This document shows positions 29,374 through 39,200 of a stretch of 64,000 nt of DNA, piece by piece (positions within the stretch are counted from its first letter, which is position 1; every line of letters starts with the position of its first letter). Source of the stretch: an uncultured Bifidobacterium sp. (GTDB taxonomy: Bacteria > Verrucomicrobiota > Verrucomicrobiia > Limisphaerales > JADJPG01); assembly GCA_964491875.1 (NCBI GenBank), contig CAZBIC010000004.1:132878-196877 (forward strand), read 5' to 3'. The notes beneath the pieces were generated by a model, which made no database searches, was not told the origin of the DNA, and saw only the letters and a list, made by a program, of their open reading frames with translations. The position numbers were made by a program, and so were the translations under genes.

Positions 29374-29556
29374 TCAGGCGGTGGGTGGAACAGGGTTCGT
29401 CCGGGCCGGGCCGCCAAACCATTCCTTGAACTGCGGATAGCTGTGGATGGCACCCAGGATGGCCAGGGCGATGATGAGGTAGGGCAGTCCATACCAGACG
29501 GCGAAGAGGACGGCGATGATGAGTCCGGAGTAAATGAGGGCGTCGATTGTATTCAT
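29374..29556 (-). CDS. Small (60 aa) two-TM membrane protein
   Basis: Hydrophobic LIYSGLIIAVLFAVWYGLPYLIIALAILGAI. Confidence 0.5.
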   Translation of the reverse strand: MNTIDALIYSGLIIAVLFAVWYGLPYLIIALAILGAIHSYPQFKEWFGGPARTNPVPPTA

Positions 29557-29580
29557 GATGGATTCCTTTCGAGGGTTGAA

Positions 29581-29608
29581 GGGCCGAACACCCTGCGGTG
29601 TCCGGCCC
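29581..29608 (-). other. 12-bp-stem GC-rich hairpin inside the operon (RNA processing or attenuation candidate)
   Basis: GGGCCGAACACC ctgc GGTGTCCGGCCC with one mismatch. No U-tract follows. Confidence 0.35.
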
Positions 29609-29624
29609 GGTTGTTTGGTTCGAG

Positions 29625-31139
29625 TTACAACTGCACGCGCTGCAGGCTGCGGAGCGTGCGACGCACGGACTCGGTTTCCTGGGTGATGGTCCGGCTTTCC
29701 TTCTCGGCCGCCTTGAGCAGGCCGCCGGCATTGTTCACCTGTGCGGCAAGTTCGCGCAGGGTGCTCCGGATGGTTTCGAGATGCTCCACGGCGGCGCGAA
29801 GCGCGGACGGGCTGGCTTCCGTCTCACCGTTGACGGGTTGAGGTCTTGGAGCGGATGGATTGGGTGCTGGCATGGTATTCCTTTCTTGTTCCGTCGGATT
29901 TTCAGACGGCGGCACGGACGGGGGCGTGGCCGCCGTTGTCTCAGGAGGAGAAGGGGAGGCCACCGCTGGAGACCTGGGTGGTAGTGAGCTGGGTGGTTCG
30001 GTGGTGGAGGAACCTTCTCGCATGACCGCCACCACGAGGCGGCGCCCGCCCTGACGAAACACCAGCGGGATGTTGGGATCGCGCAGTTCGATTTCGTTCA
30101 AACCCCACCGCAGGGCTTTGGCGAGATAGATGCGGTTGAAACGGACGCACCTTGATTTGCCCTGCACGCTGGTCGTGGCGATTTCGACGGTGGCCCAGGC
30201 ATCACGTTCGTTGGCCCGGCCTTTGAGCCAGAGTTTTCCTTCGCGCACTTCGAGCATGACCACCTGATTGGCTTCATCGCTGACCGGGAGGCGCGGAGAG
30301 GATTCCAGCAATTGCGCCACGCTCCGTTCATTCAGGACAACGTGGGTGAACTCTTCCTTTTCTGACGGTGGCACCGTGCGCCAGTCGGGATAATTGCCTT
30401 CGATGGCCCGGGTGAGGAACGTCCATCGGGCCGAGGCAACCTGCACCCACGTGCGTTCTTTCCCGGCGGCCGGCCGCAGTCCGAGCGTCCAGCCGCCGTC
30501 CTCCGCGAACGCCGGCCAGAGCAGGAACTTCCGGCTCGGGACGATGAAGGACGCGCGAAGATCCAGCGTGAACGAGTTGGCGCAGTAGAGATGCTGGCCG
30601 TCGGTGCCGACCAGATAACTGCCGCTGCGCCGTCCGACATCCACGTAGGCGCCGTTGATGACCGGCCGGGATGATTCGCTGCCCGCGCAGTCGAGTGCTT
30701 CCCGCAGTGACCGTTTGAACGCACCGTCCACCGCCGAGGCGGACTCGATGACGGGCGGCTCCTTGGGCCAGTCGTCGCCGTAAGGCACCTCGAAGCATTT
30801 CTCGATCGAGCTGGGGCCGATGAAGTAACGCAGCTTCACGCGATCCTTCTCGTCACGCGTCAGGTGAAGCCGTTCCTGCGTCGGGCAGGTTTTGACGAGT
30901 TGTTTGAGCGCGTCCAACGGGACCACCAGAGTGGTGGCCGGCCCCGCCTGCGCCTCCGGCGTCCGGTAGGTGAGGAACGAGTCCAGGTCTGTGGTTTGCA
31001 GTGTGACCGCGCCGCTCTTGCTGCGGGCCACTCGCACGGCTTGCAGCACCGGCAGATGACTTGATTTGCTGACGACTTTGTTCAGGCCGGCGAGCGCAGT
31101 CTTTAACTCGTCCACCGGCAGTTCGATTGCTTGGTTCAT
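29625..31139 (-). CDS. DnaN-like beta sliding clamp with Pro/Ser linker and C-terminal coiled-coil extension
   Basis: The N-terminus ELKTALAGLNKVVSKSSHLPVLQAVRVARSKSGAVTLQTTDLDSF mirrors the DnaN start (PILsnvll...ltaTDle). About 370 aa of clamp-like sequence is followed by a PPSSLPPRSP...PSVPPSENP linker and a helical tail. Confidence 0.7.
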   Translation of the reverse strand: MNQAIELPVDELKTALAGLNKVVSKSSHLPVLQAVRVARSKSGAVTLQTTDLDSFLTYRTPEAQAGPATTLVVPLDALKQLVKTCPTQERLHLTRDEKDRVKLRYFIGPSSIEKCFEVPYGDDWPKEPPVIESASAVDGAFKRSLREALDCAGSESSRPVINGAYVDVGRRSGSYLVGTDGQHLYCANSFTLDLRASFIVPSRKFLLWPAFAEDGGWTLGLRPAAGKERTWVQVASARWTFLTRAIEGNYPDWRTVPPSEKEEFTHVVLNERSVAQLLESSPRLPVSDEANQVVMLEVREGKLWLKGRANERDAWATVEIATTSVQGKSRCVRFNRIYLAKALRWGLNEIELRDPNIPLVFRQGGRRLVVAVMREGSSTTEPPSSLPPRSPAVASPSPPETTAATPPSVPPSENPTEQERNTMPAPNPSAPRPQPVNGETEASPSALRAAVEHLETIRSTLRELAAQVNNAGGLLKAAEKESRTITQETESVRRTLRSLQRVQL

Positions 31140-31170
31140 TTGTTTTGTTGGGTTGTTGTGGAAACGGAAC

Positions 31171-31201
31171 GGCCAGCCACGTCGCTTGAACGTGGCTGGC
31201 C
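31171..31201 (-). other. Perfect 11-bp-stem hairpin upstream of the clamp gene
   Basis: GGCCAGCCACG tcgcttgaa CGTGGCTGGCC. Confidence 0.4.
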
Positions 31202-31231
31202 GGGGTGGAATGGCTGACCGGATGGCCAGCC

Positions 31232-31264
31232 GGGATGGTGGATGGGATGGTGGATGGGATGGGA
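31232..31264. repeat. Short tandem repeat (GGGATGGTGGAT x2 plus a partial unit)
   Basis: Read directly from the sequence. Intergenic, between the 64-aa ORF and the clamp gene. Confidence 0.6.
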
Positions 31265-31288
31265 CGAGCAGGGGCTCATCTCCGAGGG

Positions 31289-31483
31289 CTACATGATGGT
31301 CCGGCCCTTGGAGGGCATCCGCCGCGTGTGGCTGCGAATGAACTCTTTCAACTGCGCTTCGCAGGCGAAGAGGAACTGACTGGAGACGCGGGTGAAGCGG
31401 TGCGCCCTCACCTTGGAGGATTCGAGCGCGAACTGCCGGACCCGGCTGCGATTGATCAGGATGGTCTTGAGTTCGGCGCTCAC
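31289..31483 (-). CDS. Hypothetical 64-aa protein (GTG start overlapping the ligase stop as GTGA)
   Basis: VSAELKTILINRSRVRQFALESSKVRAHRFTRVSSQFLFACEAQLKEFIRSH... Possibly histone-fold-like, but that is unverified. Confidence 0.35.
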   Translation of the reverse strand: MSAELKTILINRSRVRQFALESSKVRAHRFTRVSSQFLFACEAQLKEFIRSHTRRMPSKGRTIM

Positions 31484-32568
31484 GGTTCGTTCTCCTCGTC
31501 GGCCGGTTTGTATTTGAGTTGACCGACCGTGCATTCGCGCTCGCTCACATCCGACCGGGGGCCGAGATACGTCGGCTGATAGAGACAGCCGCTCTCCGGG
31601 AACGCATACAGGTAACGAACCTCGACCACGCTCCCGATGACGGGCACCCGATGATTGGGTGGAATGGTGACGTTGCCCGCCACAGTCCACTGCCTACCGT
31701 CGCGCAGTTTGAGTTCGACGCTTCGCTGGGCGTTCTGTTTTCCAACGACCGCCGACAGTGTCGCGTAGAACTTGTGTTTTAATTGAGAGCCTCCGCTGCT
31801 GGGTCGCCCAGATGTGTAGGGCGCATCCAGCCGCTTGAACACCACGCCCTCCCGTTTCTGGAAACGCAGGTGTTCCAGCAGGCTGTTCTTCTCGGTCAAC
31901 CGATAGGTCGTGTTGACGTAGTGGATGTGCCGCTGTTGCCCGGACATCAGCAGATTGAGCAACGCGGTGAGGCGCTGGCGATACGGCATCGGCCGCTGGT
32001 CCTCACCATTGAGTTCCAGCAGATCGAAACAGTGGAGCGTTTCGCCCACGGCTTCTCCATCCAGGATGAAGTCGCCGGGGATCGCGTGCGCCGCCACAAG
32101 GATCGGCGAGGGCAGTCCGACGTGCAGTCCCTTGCGGTTGATCCCGTGAATGGCTGCTCCCTGCTTGCGCACCAGCATCCGCCGGCCATCAAACTTTTCC
32201 TGCATGGCCCAGGCGTCGTCCGTGACGAGCCGTTCGATTTCACCTTCGTCGATTGCATTGAGCAACTGCGGCACAACGTCCGTCTGCCGTTGCTCCTTGT
32301 CGCTCTGCTGATAAGAAATTCCGTCCGGACCGGGCGTGTAACCCTTGGCTTGCTTCTCTTTCACCAGCTTTTCGAAGATGCGCCGGGCATCCTGATAGTC
32401 CACCGGCACGTTGGTCTTGGTCCCGGTGTTGAAGGTCGCGCCTCGTCGCCCATAGGCGAAGTTCACGACGAATCGTTCACCCGCCGGTTCAATGCCGCAC
32501 TGATACACTTTGTCGGACGCGCCCTCCCGGTAGTAGAGCGTGATGCTGTCTGGTTCTGTCGTGGTCAT
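31480..32568 (-). CDS. WGR-domain / ATP-dependent DNA ligase fusion
   Basis: WGR-like N-terminus (LYYREGASDKVYQCGIEP..FVVNFAYGRRG...KLVKEKQAKGY). Ligase motif I EKFDGRR, FILDGEAV, EGVVFKRLDAPY and LKHKF are present. ATG at 32568 is preceded by a GGAAA RBS-like sequence. Confidence 0.85.
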   Translation of the reverse strand: MTTTEPDSITLYYREGASDKVYQCGIEPAGERFVVNFAYGRRGATFNTGTKTNVPVDYQDARRIFEKLVKEKQAKGYTPGPDGISYQQSDKEQRQTDVVPQLLNAIDEGEIERLVTDDAWAMQEKFDGRRMLVRKQGAAIHGINRKGLHVGLPSPILVAAHAIPGDFILDGEAVGETLHCFDLLELNGEDQRPMPYRQRLTALLNLLMSGQQRHIHYVNTTYRLTEKNSLLEHLRFQKREGVVFKRLDAPYTSGRPSSGGSQLKHKFYATLSAVVGKQNAQRSVELKLRDGRQWTVAGNVTIPPNHRVPVIGSVVEVRYLYAFPESGCLYQPTYLGPRSDVSERECTVGQLKYKPADEENEP

Positions 32569-32612
32569 GATTTTCCTTTCTGGTTGGTGAAGACAGGCCA
32601 GCCTGCGCGTCA

Positions 32613-32888
32613 TCAGCGCCCGGCCTGCGTTCTGGTTTTGGTGGTTGATTCCTCGTCGAGGCATTGTGTGGCGTCGTTGGGAACAAGGGCCACGCGCTCC
32701 CATTCAAAGACGCCAATCTCTCCGTAGTTGTGATGGCGGACTTTGAAGTCGATTTCGGGTGCTTCAGGATCGGGCGCGAGTTCCGTCACGGTCGCGATGC
32801 CGCCGGGATATTCTCCGATGGCCTCGGTCTCGACCCGTCGCCCGATGAGTGATGGGCCGTGAATGATAGTAAGTTGCTTCGCTGTCAT
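32613..32888 (-). CDS. Hypothetical 91-aa protein
   Basis: MTAKQLTIIHGPSLIGRRVETEAIGEYPGG... with ATG at 32888. Confidence 0.45.
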   Translation of the reverse strand: MTAKQLTIIHGPSLIGRRVETEAIGEYPGGIATVTELAPDPEAPEIDFKVRHHNYGEIGVFEWERVALVPNDATQCLDEESTTKTRTQAGR

Positions 32889-32973
32889 GGTGGAAATGAA
32901 ACGAGCCGGAGATGCACAGGGCATTCTCCGGCTCGCTTCGAGGTTGGGTTGGTTCAGTGGGACGTATCCCGTT

Positions 32974-33831
32974 CTAACGTGGACTTGATCGAGGTGGTCG
33001 TTCCGCTCCCGTCCAAGCGCGGCATTCGTTGAAGTATTCGCAGAACGAACAATTGAAACCCGGCGAGGGCACGAAGTCCTTTCGCGCCACTCCATCCAGG
33101 TACGACTCGATGCCGCGAAACAACCGGCTCCGTTGCATCTCGGTCATCGGGCCGAGCGGCGTGATGATGACCTTCGGGGTCTTGAGCTTCACCAGATGGT
33201 GCAGTTCCACGCCGCCCTCCCGTCGCCCGGTTGTTTCGCGATACAGGATCGAGTAGCAGGAGGTCTGGCCTTCGTGCAGATGTGCGGCCTTCCCGGCATC
33301 AGGCGTTTTGCCCGACGTTTTGAAGTCCACGATGCGGCCACCGGCCCGCACTAGGTCTATGACGCCAATCAGCGTCGGCAGCCCGTGCCGGGACAAGTCG
33401 GCCTCGACCCGGGCCTCGACTGCCTCGGGCCGCTCGTCGGCTTTGATGGGGGTTTCAATCCAGTAGCTCTCCAAGACGGCCCACGCGGTCTTGCGTTCGG
33501 CTTCTTCTTCACCGTCCCAGCGGATCAAGACTCCTTTCTGCAACTCCGGCCATTGCTGGTCGAACACCTTCCGAAACCGTTCGGTGCTGAACGTCTCCTT
33601 CCGCCACCGAGCCAAGTTCCACGCCTGCAGGACCGCGTGGACCACGCTGCCGACGTGTAGCGATGGGGTCGGTCGCTTTGACAATCGCAGCACGTAGCGG
33701 AAATAGAACTTCAACCGGCATTGCTGCCAGCAACCCAGCCGTGACGCCGAGATGGTACGTTGAAGTTCCACGATGGGGTCAACCGGCGGTGGCATCAGCT
33801 TCAGAGCCGGACGTTCTCCAAGGGCGTTCAT
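32974..33831 (-). CDS. PD-(D/E)xK nuclease, Cas4/RecB-like with Cys cluster
   Basis: GVIDLV...RIVDFKTS (D...DxK), QTSCY (QxxxY), N-terminal CWQQC and C-terminal CSFCEYFNEC (CxxCx5C, typical of the Cas4 Fe-S ligand pattern). Confidence 0.8.
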   Translation of the reverse strand: MNALGERPALKLMPPPVDPIVELQRTISASRLGCWQQCRLKFYFRYVLRLSKRPTPSLHVGSVVHAVLQAWNLARWRKETFSTERFRKVFDQQWPELQKGVLIRWDGEEEAERKTAWAVLESYWIETPIKADERPEAVEARVEADLSRHGLPTLIGVIDLVRAGGRIVDFKTSGKTPDAGKAAHLHEGQTSCYSILYRETTGRREGGVELHHLVKLKTPKVIITPLGPMTEMQRSRLFRGIESYLDGVARKDFVPSPGFNCSFCEYFNECRAWTGAERPPRSSPR

Positions 33832-34337
33832 CGCGCCCTCCCGGCCGGTTGATAGCGGCCGTTCGTGCGACGCTGGTCGGGACCGGGCCGTCCGTTACCA
33901 CCATGCTGGGCCAGCAGTTCGTCGATGAGGCCCGACATCTGCAATCGATTCAGTTGCCGCACGCCTTGCCCGAAACGGTCCATCGCCAGCCGCTCGACCA
34001 CGTTTTTGTCCAGCCGGTGTTCGTCCACGACTTTCAGGATGAGGTCGCGTTGTTTATCCGAACAGTGCCACGCATCCGCATCACCGTTCGGGGCCGGGTG
34101 TGCCGGGCGTGATGTTCCGTTGCCATTCGCGCCGTCCTGGCCGGGCTGCGGCAGATAACCCGTCTGCTGAATCTCCCGGTCCACACTGGATTGCAGGAGT
34201 GCGTAGAGCCGCTGGCTCTCTTGGTCCACTTGATTGAGGTCCGCCAGTTCCGTCCTGACCGTCACCGCATACTGATGTGACGAGTAGCCGGGCAGCCCCA
34301 GCTTCTTCGAGTAGTTGGCTTCAAGGATGATTGCCAT
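33828..34337 (-). CDS. Hypothetical 169-aa protein
   Basis: MAIILEANYSKKLGLPGYSSHQY... with ATG at 34337. 4-nt overlap with the nuclease start. Confidence 0.55.
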   Translation of the reverse strand: MAIILEANYSKKLGLPGYSSHQYAVTVRTELADLNQVDQESQRLYALLQSSVDREIQQTGYLPQPGQDGANGNGTSRPAHPAPNGDADAWHCSDKQRDLILKVVDEHRLDKNVVERLAMDRFGQGVRQLNRLQMSGLIDELLAQHGGNGRPGPDQRRTNGRYQPAGRAR

Positions 34338-34435
34338 CTTGGTTCCTTTTGGTTTGAGGGTTTGGGTTGAAAACAAAACGCTCCCGGTGGATTCACCGGG
34401 AGCGTTGCGGGTTGCGGAAGGATGATACGGTCGGA

Positions 34436-34678
34436 TTACGTCGCAGGGGCTTTGTCGGTCTGTTGATCATCACCCGTGCTTTGCGGCGGCCTGGTCCGAT
34501 AGGGCGCCGGAGCTTCCGCCAGCGCCGCCGCCTCCCATCCTTGCGACCCGGCCAGCGCCGACTCCAACAGCCCGTTGGCCAGCCGCGTCATCGGCACCTT
34601 CCGCCGCCGGGCCTCGTGATACAGCGCGCTGACCAAGAAACGATCCAACTGCGGGGAATACCATCTTGCTCGTGCCAT
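34436..34678 (-). CDS. Hypothetical 80-aa protein, first gene of the operon (possible small DNA-binding protein)
   Basis: MARARWYSPQLDRFLVSALYHEARRRKVPMTRLANGLLESAL. Preceded by a 355-nt intergenic region. Confidence 0.5.
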   Translation of the reverse strand: MARARWYSPQLDRFLVSALYHEARRRKVPMTRLANGLLESALAGSQGWEAAALAEAPAPYRTRPPQSTGDDQQTDKAPAT

Positions 34679-35034
34679 GCCGCCTCCTTCGTGAGTGAAT
34701 GTGAAGACTGTTCCCGGTCCATGATCAAGACGATGGAAAACCGCCCCATCCAGGCCGGAACAACAAAGGGCCGAAGCCCTCTGTCAAAACCTTATAGCAC
34801 GGAATCGGGGGCTATTGCGGGGGGCGATTTCCACACGCTCGCGGTCAGTCACGTTACGTTCTTGAGCGTTGATCCAATCGACGTGGCCATCCTTAGATTC
34901 TCTGATTTGCTAAACGCCCCATTCATTTCATTCGACGACATGGGTTTGAAACAGTTGTCCGAACGATCCGTCGAGTGTTTGCTGGAAGCGGTGATTCGCC
35001 GCTACGGATAGCGAGCACACGGTTACGGGATCGC

Positions 35035-36279
35035 TCATTGGACATTTCCTTTCGCCAAGTCGCCGATCAAAACATCGACTGTCTGTTCTTCGTGGACGGC
35101 ACCGCCAGCCGCGTGCATGGCCGGCATCAATTCACTGTCCCAACTTGCCGCGACCGGGACGCCTGCAAGTGCTAGGAAGTACTTCCGGGCCGCCAGATAA
35201 TCATCCGCGCCCATTCGCCACGGTTCGGCGTTGTGACGGGCTACAATGGTGTTTGCAATCTGGATACCGGGCCAGTCGAAATCCCCGTGATATGCAAGCC
35301 GGACGCCGGTGCCTTGCAGCCGATTAAGCAGGAGGCGGGTTGCTGTGCGCGGCTGGCCTTCGATGCACACGAGCGGCCGGCAATTTGAACCGAGCCGGTT
35401 CGCGGCGGCGGCGACCACGCTAGGGTTTTCGCAGACGAAAACGACTGGCCCAACGCTTTCGCGCGTGAATTCAGGCGGCGCTCGCAGGAGTTGGCGAATC
35501 GACAAATAGGTTGGCTCCCCAGCATCCGCATAAGCTCGGAGCACTCGGCCCGTCGGGCGGTCGTCCAGAGCGCGTAAATTCAAGACCAGGACCGGCGCGC
35601 TCAACTCGTCGCAAATGATCCCCACACTGGCCCAGGCGTCACGGCGCGATTGCGCGTCGTCGCATTTCTCGCATTTTCCCAGCGCGGCAATGGCGCGAAC
35701 GGTGAGCGAGCCAAGGGGAGTATCCGGGTCGAGGGCATGAGCGTCGCCGAAAACACTCGCCGCCAGTTCGGCAAGAGTGACATCACGGGCCGGCAAAACG
35801 GCCAGAACATCGAGCGTTTTGGACAGTAGCATTTCCGCCAACGTGATTCCGTGCCGTCGCAGCGAACCGTTGGCGCGCAGTTGCAACAGCCAATTCTCCA
35901 ATTCTGGCCGACCAGCAACCTGCTTCGAGGCGGAGGTGAAGATGTGGTTCCATTGGTTTTCGACCTCATTACGTTCGGCGCGGCGGTCCATCACTGGACC
36001 AATGAGTTCTTCAATGGCTTCTCGGAGGGTTGGGGAAATACCAGCCGTGCGGAGTTTTTCGTCCAGCCGGTCGAGCGAAACAGCAACGGTACTTCCTCGC
36101 GTGGGAGTTCTTCCAAGAAGCCGATTGATGGCGTCGCGTTCCGCTGCGGTTGCGTCGGGGAGGGCCAATGTCCCCTGGAGAGCCATGCCGCGTTCAAGCC
36201 GTGTGCGCAATCGTTGCACCAGCCTTTGCAGTTCAGGGCGGCCCAGAGCCTCCTGAAGTCGTACGCGGTCGCCGGTCAT
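35035..36279 (-). CDS. jetD: Wadjet JetD-like Toprim nuclease (TIGR02679/DUF2399-type)
   Basis: C-terminal Toprim signature VFVCENPS (Glu) and YHGDFDWPG (DxD). 4-nt overlap with jetC. Confidence 0.8.
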   Translation of the reverse strand: MTGDRVRLQEALGRPELQRLVQRLRTRLERGMALQGTLALPDATAAERDAINRLLGRTPTRGSTVAVSLDRLDEKLRTAGISPTLREAIEELIGPVMDRRAERNEVENQWNHIFTSASKQVAGRPELENWLLQLRANGSLRRHGITLAEMLLSKTLDVLAVLPARDVTLAELAASVFGDAHALDPDTPLGSLTVRAIAALGKCEKCDDAQSRRDAWASVGIICDELSAPVLVLNLRALDDRPTGRVLRAYADAGEPTYLSIRQLLRAPPEFTRESVGPVVFVCENPSVVAAAANRLGSNCRPLVCIEGQPRTATRLLLNRLQGTGVRLAYHGDFDWPGIQIANTIVARHNAEPWRMGADDYLAARKYFLALAGVPVAASWDSELMPAMHAAGGAVHEEQTVDVLIGDLAKGNVQ

Positions 36280-39200
36280 AAAGTCTCCGTGAGCGTCGTC
36301 GCGCTGTCGCTGGTGGGTGGCCGTGCTTCTGGAAGCGGCGAGTCATCGCGAACACGTTGCTTGCCATTCCACACCCAGCGGGTCGCATGGACGGCATCAA
36401 TTCCTTCGCGCGCGGAGAGCTGGTAAATGGCGATGGCTGGAACGGTCGGGTAGCAACCCCACTCGCTTTCGCTCGTCATCACAACGTCGAGATCGAAGAC
36501 GCGTAGCAAATCCATACACTTGGCTCGCATGTTTTTGTCCACACCCACGAAGGCTTCATCAAGGAGAATCAGCCGTGGCGCAGTCTTGCACGCGCTCCGA
36601 TAATGCGCCGCGGCTGCGGCAAGCTGGGGCAGTGTCAGCGCAATGGCCTTTTCGCCACCTGAGCCTGTCCCATGTGTGCGGCGGGTGAGGCGCTTCCACA
36701 CACCGTCCTGTTTCCGTTCCACGCCGAACTGATGCCATTTTCGGTAGTCAAATGCCTGGCGAAGATGGTCCTGCCATGTGCCTGTATCATTCGCGGCGCG
36801 CACGGCCTTGATTTGCTGCTGCAAAAACTCACCGACCGCCGCGCGTTCAGAAGGCGACCATGTGCCGCGCGCTCCGAGCAAAAGCCGGCGTGCCTCGGCG
36901 AAGGCGGGAGGAAGCTCGGGAACCGCTTCCCAAATAAACTTGAGCATCATGCCCGTGCTCATCGGGCGACTCGCCAGCTCCTCGTTTATCTCGTCCTTCC
37001 AGTTCAATGCACGATGCAGCAGGTCGTGCAAATGTTCAGCCACTTCATCAATGAGGTAGTTTTCCAGCACCTCGCGTTCGCGCGAGTCGAGCAACTGCTG
37101 CCGCTCCTGAATGATGGCGACTACGCTGTCGCGCAGCTCGGCAATCGTGCATGACCGGCCTTGGAATTGGATGCTGACCACGAAGATGCCATCACTCATG
37201 GAAGCTTCAGGCATGTAGCCGTGCGTCCGCAGGCTGCCCTGCAAGGTTTCAAAGTGACCGTGAATTTCGCGCTGATTGCGATTCCATGCGTCATCACCGT
37301 GATCGATGCTGCTGAGCGCCATTTCGACATGCCGCGCCAAATCGACGGCGCGGGCGACCGACCAGGCACCCGGCTCCAATTCGGAAAAGTCGCTGTGAGC
37401 GACGGCAAGCTGCCGTGTGCCCACGAAGGCAACGAGGCCGGTAATGGCACCGCCGCGTTCCAACTCTTTCGTCTGTAACTCGCCAGTCGTCTCGGTGATT
37501 TTGGTCTGAGCAACCGCCCGCTCCACCTTCTTCTCTGACTGCTGCTGCTCCGCCGCGCTCTTTTTCCCTCGGACTGCGATGACTTTCTTACTGGCAAGTT
37601 CCAGTTGTTGCTGCACCTCGCGCACGGCGACCCCCACGGTGCTTTCCAACGTCTTAAATTTCTCCACTGCCGCTGCCGCTCTACCTTTCGCCTCTACAAG
37701 CTGGGTGCTTCGCAAATCCCGACTGGTGGTCGCTCCGGTAACTCGCTCGATGGCGAGAGAGAGTTGGTTCTGCGCTTCGGACTGCGCGCGAATGGCCGGC
37801 CACAATTCCGCGAGGGCTTGACCGTAAGCGTGAGTGGCCTCGTCCAGCTCCGGGAGCTTGTCGATCCATTCGGTGATTCCAAGATCAGCAGCAGTCTGAT
37901 CGCGTTCCTGAGTTGAGGCTGTCAGCTTTTGCCGCTTCTCGGTGGCACGAGCTTCAGCTTCCGTCAGGCGCAATCGCATTGCAGAAACATGCTGTCGGGC
38001 CACTTCCAGTTGAGCCAAAGCCCGCCGCACATTTCCATCGTTTGGTGCAACGGCGACTTCGCGCTGCAACTGCGCCGCACGCTGGGTCAACGCCTCTATT
38101 TCGTTGTTGATGACGTTGATTTTCTCGTTCGTGCCGTCAATCAGGGTCTGCAATTCCGTCATGCGCCGACGGCGTGCCGCCTCGCGTGAAGCATGGCCGA
38201 TATGTTGAGCGGCTGGTTTGCTCCACGCGCCGTGGAGCGGCCCCAATTGCCAACGGCCCGCATTGTCCACCCACGCCACGCCCGTCCCTTTGCCAAAACC
38301 AATGTGACGAAGCACTGCACGCACTGTGGCTTCGCTCACCGTGCTTGCCCTCTGATCTTGCGGATCAATACTGGGCGTGAGAACGGCATCGAGTCCTTGA
38401 TCCATCGGGGCTGACTCGCAAATGCCTGCCGCGAGAATCGTGTCGTGCTCGTCTTTAACCAGCAACTGGCCATCGGGCGTGACCCAGGCGTCGAGCAGCC
38501 CACTCGCTTCCAATGCGGCTTCGATATTCGCACGATCTGGTTCGGGAACGGAGGGCAGGAAATCACAAAGCGCCCACAGCGGTGCGCCGGGGCGGCTCGC
38601 CCGCACATCGACGCCTCGTGTATGAGGCGCTGGAGGCGGCTCGTGGTAACCATCGCGGAGCCGGTTGAACTCGGCTTGAAATCCAACACGCTCCTGATTT
38701 GCGGTATTGAGTCGCGCTTGTGTCTCGACCCGCTGTGACTCAATTCGGTGCGTGGCGCTCCGTTCAGCGTCCCTGAGCATCTTCACCAACGGGCTGTCGC
38801 CGACCGGCGCTTCGCACCAACCGGCAAAAGCCAGGTCGATCTCATCGCTGTCGGCGGCCTTCAACTCAGTGACATCGGTTGCCCAGGTCCGATAGCCGAT
38901 CAACAGCGCCCCCCTTTCGGTTTCCAACGCTGTGAAAGACTTGCGCTCGGCTTCGATGCTTTCGTTCAGATGTCCCTCGGATTGGGTGAATCCCTGCTGG
39001 GCCATGACAAGCTGCTGGCGGGCCGATTCCACCTGTTGGTTCAACTTCGCGACATGCTTCGACGCTTCAAGCCGGTGCTTCACCGCCTCGCGGACGTTGG
39101 CAGCGATGGAATCAATTTTGGTCACGTCTGGCTCAGGCCAGCCGAGACGATCCATTGCTTCTTGATGCCGCTTCACCAGGCCGGATGTCTGAGCGCACTC

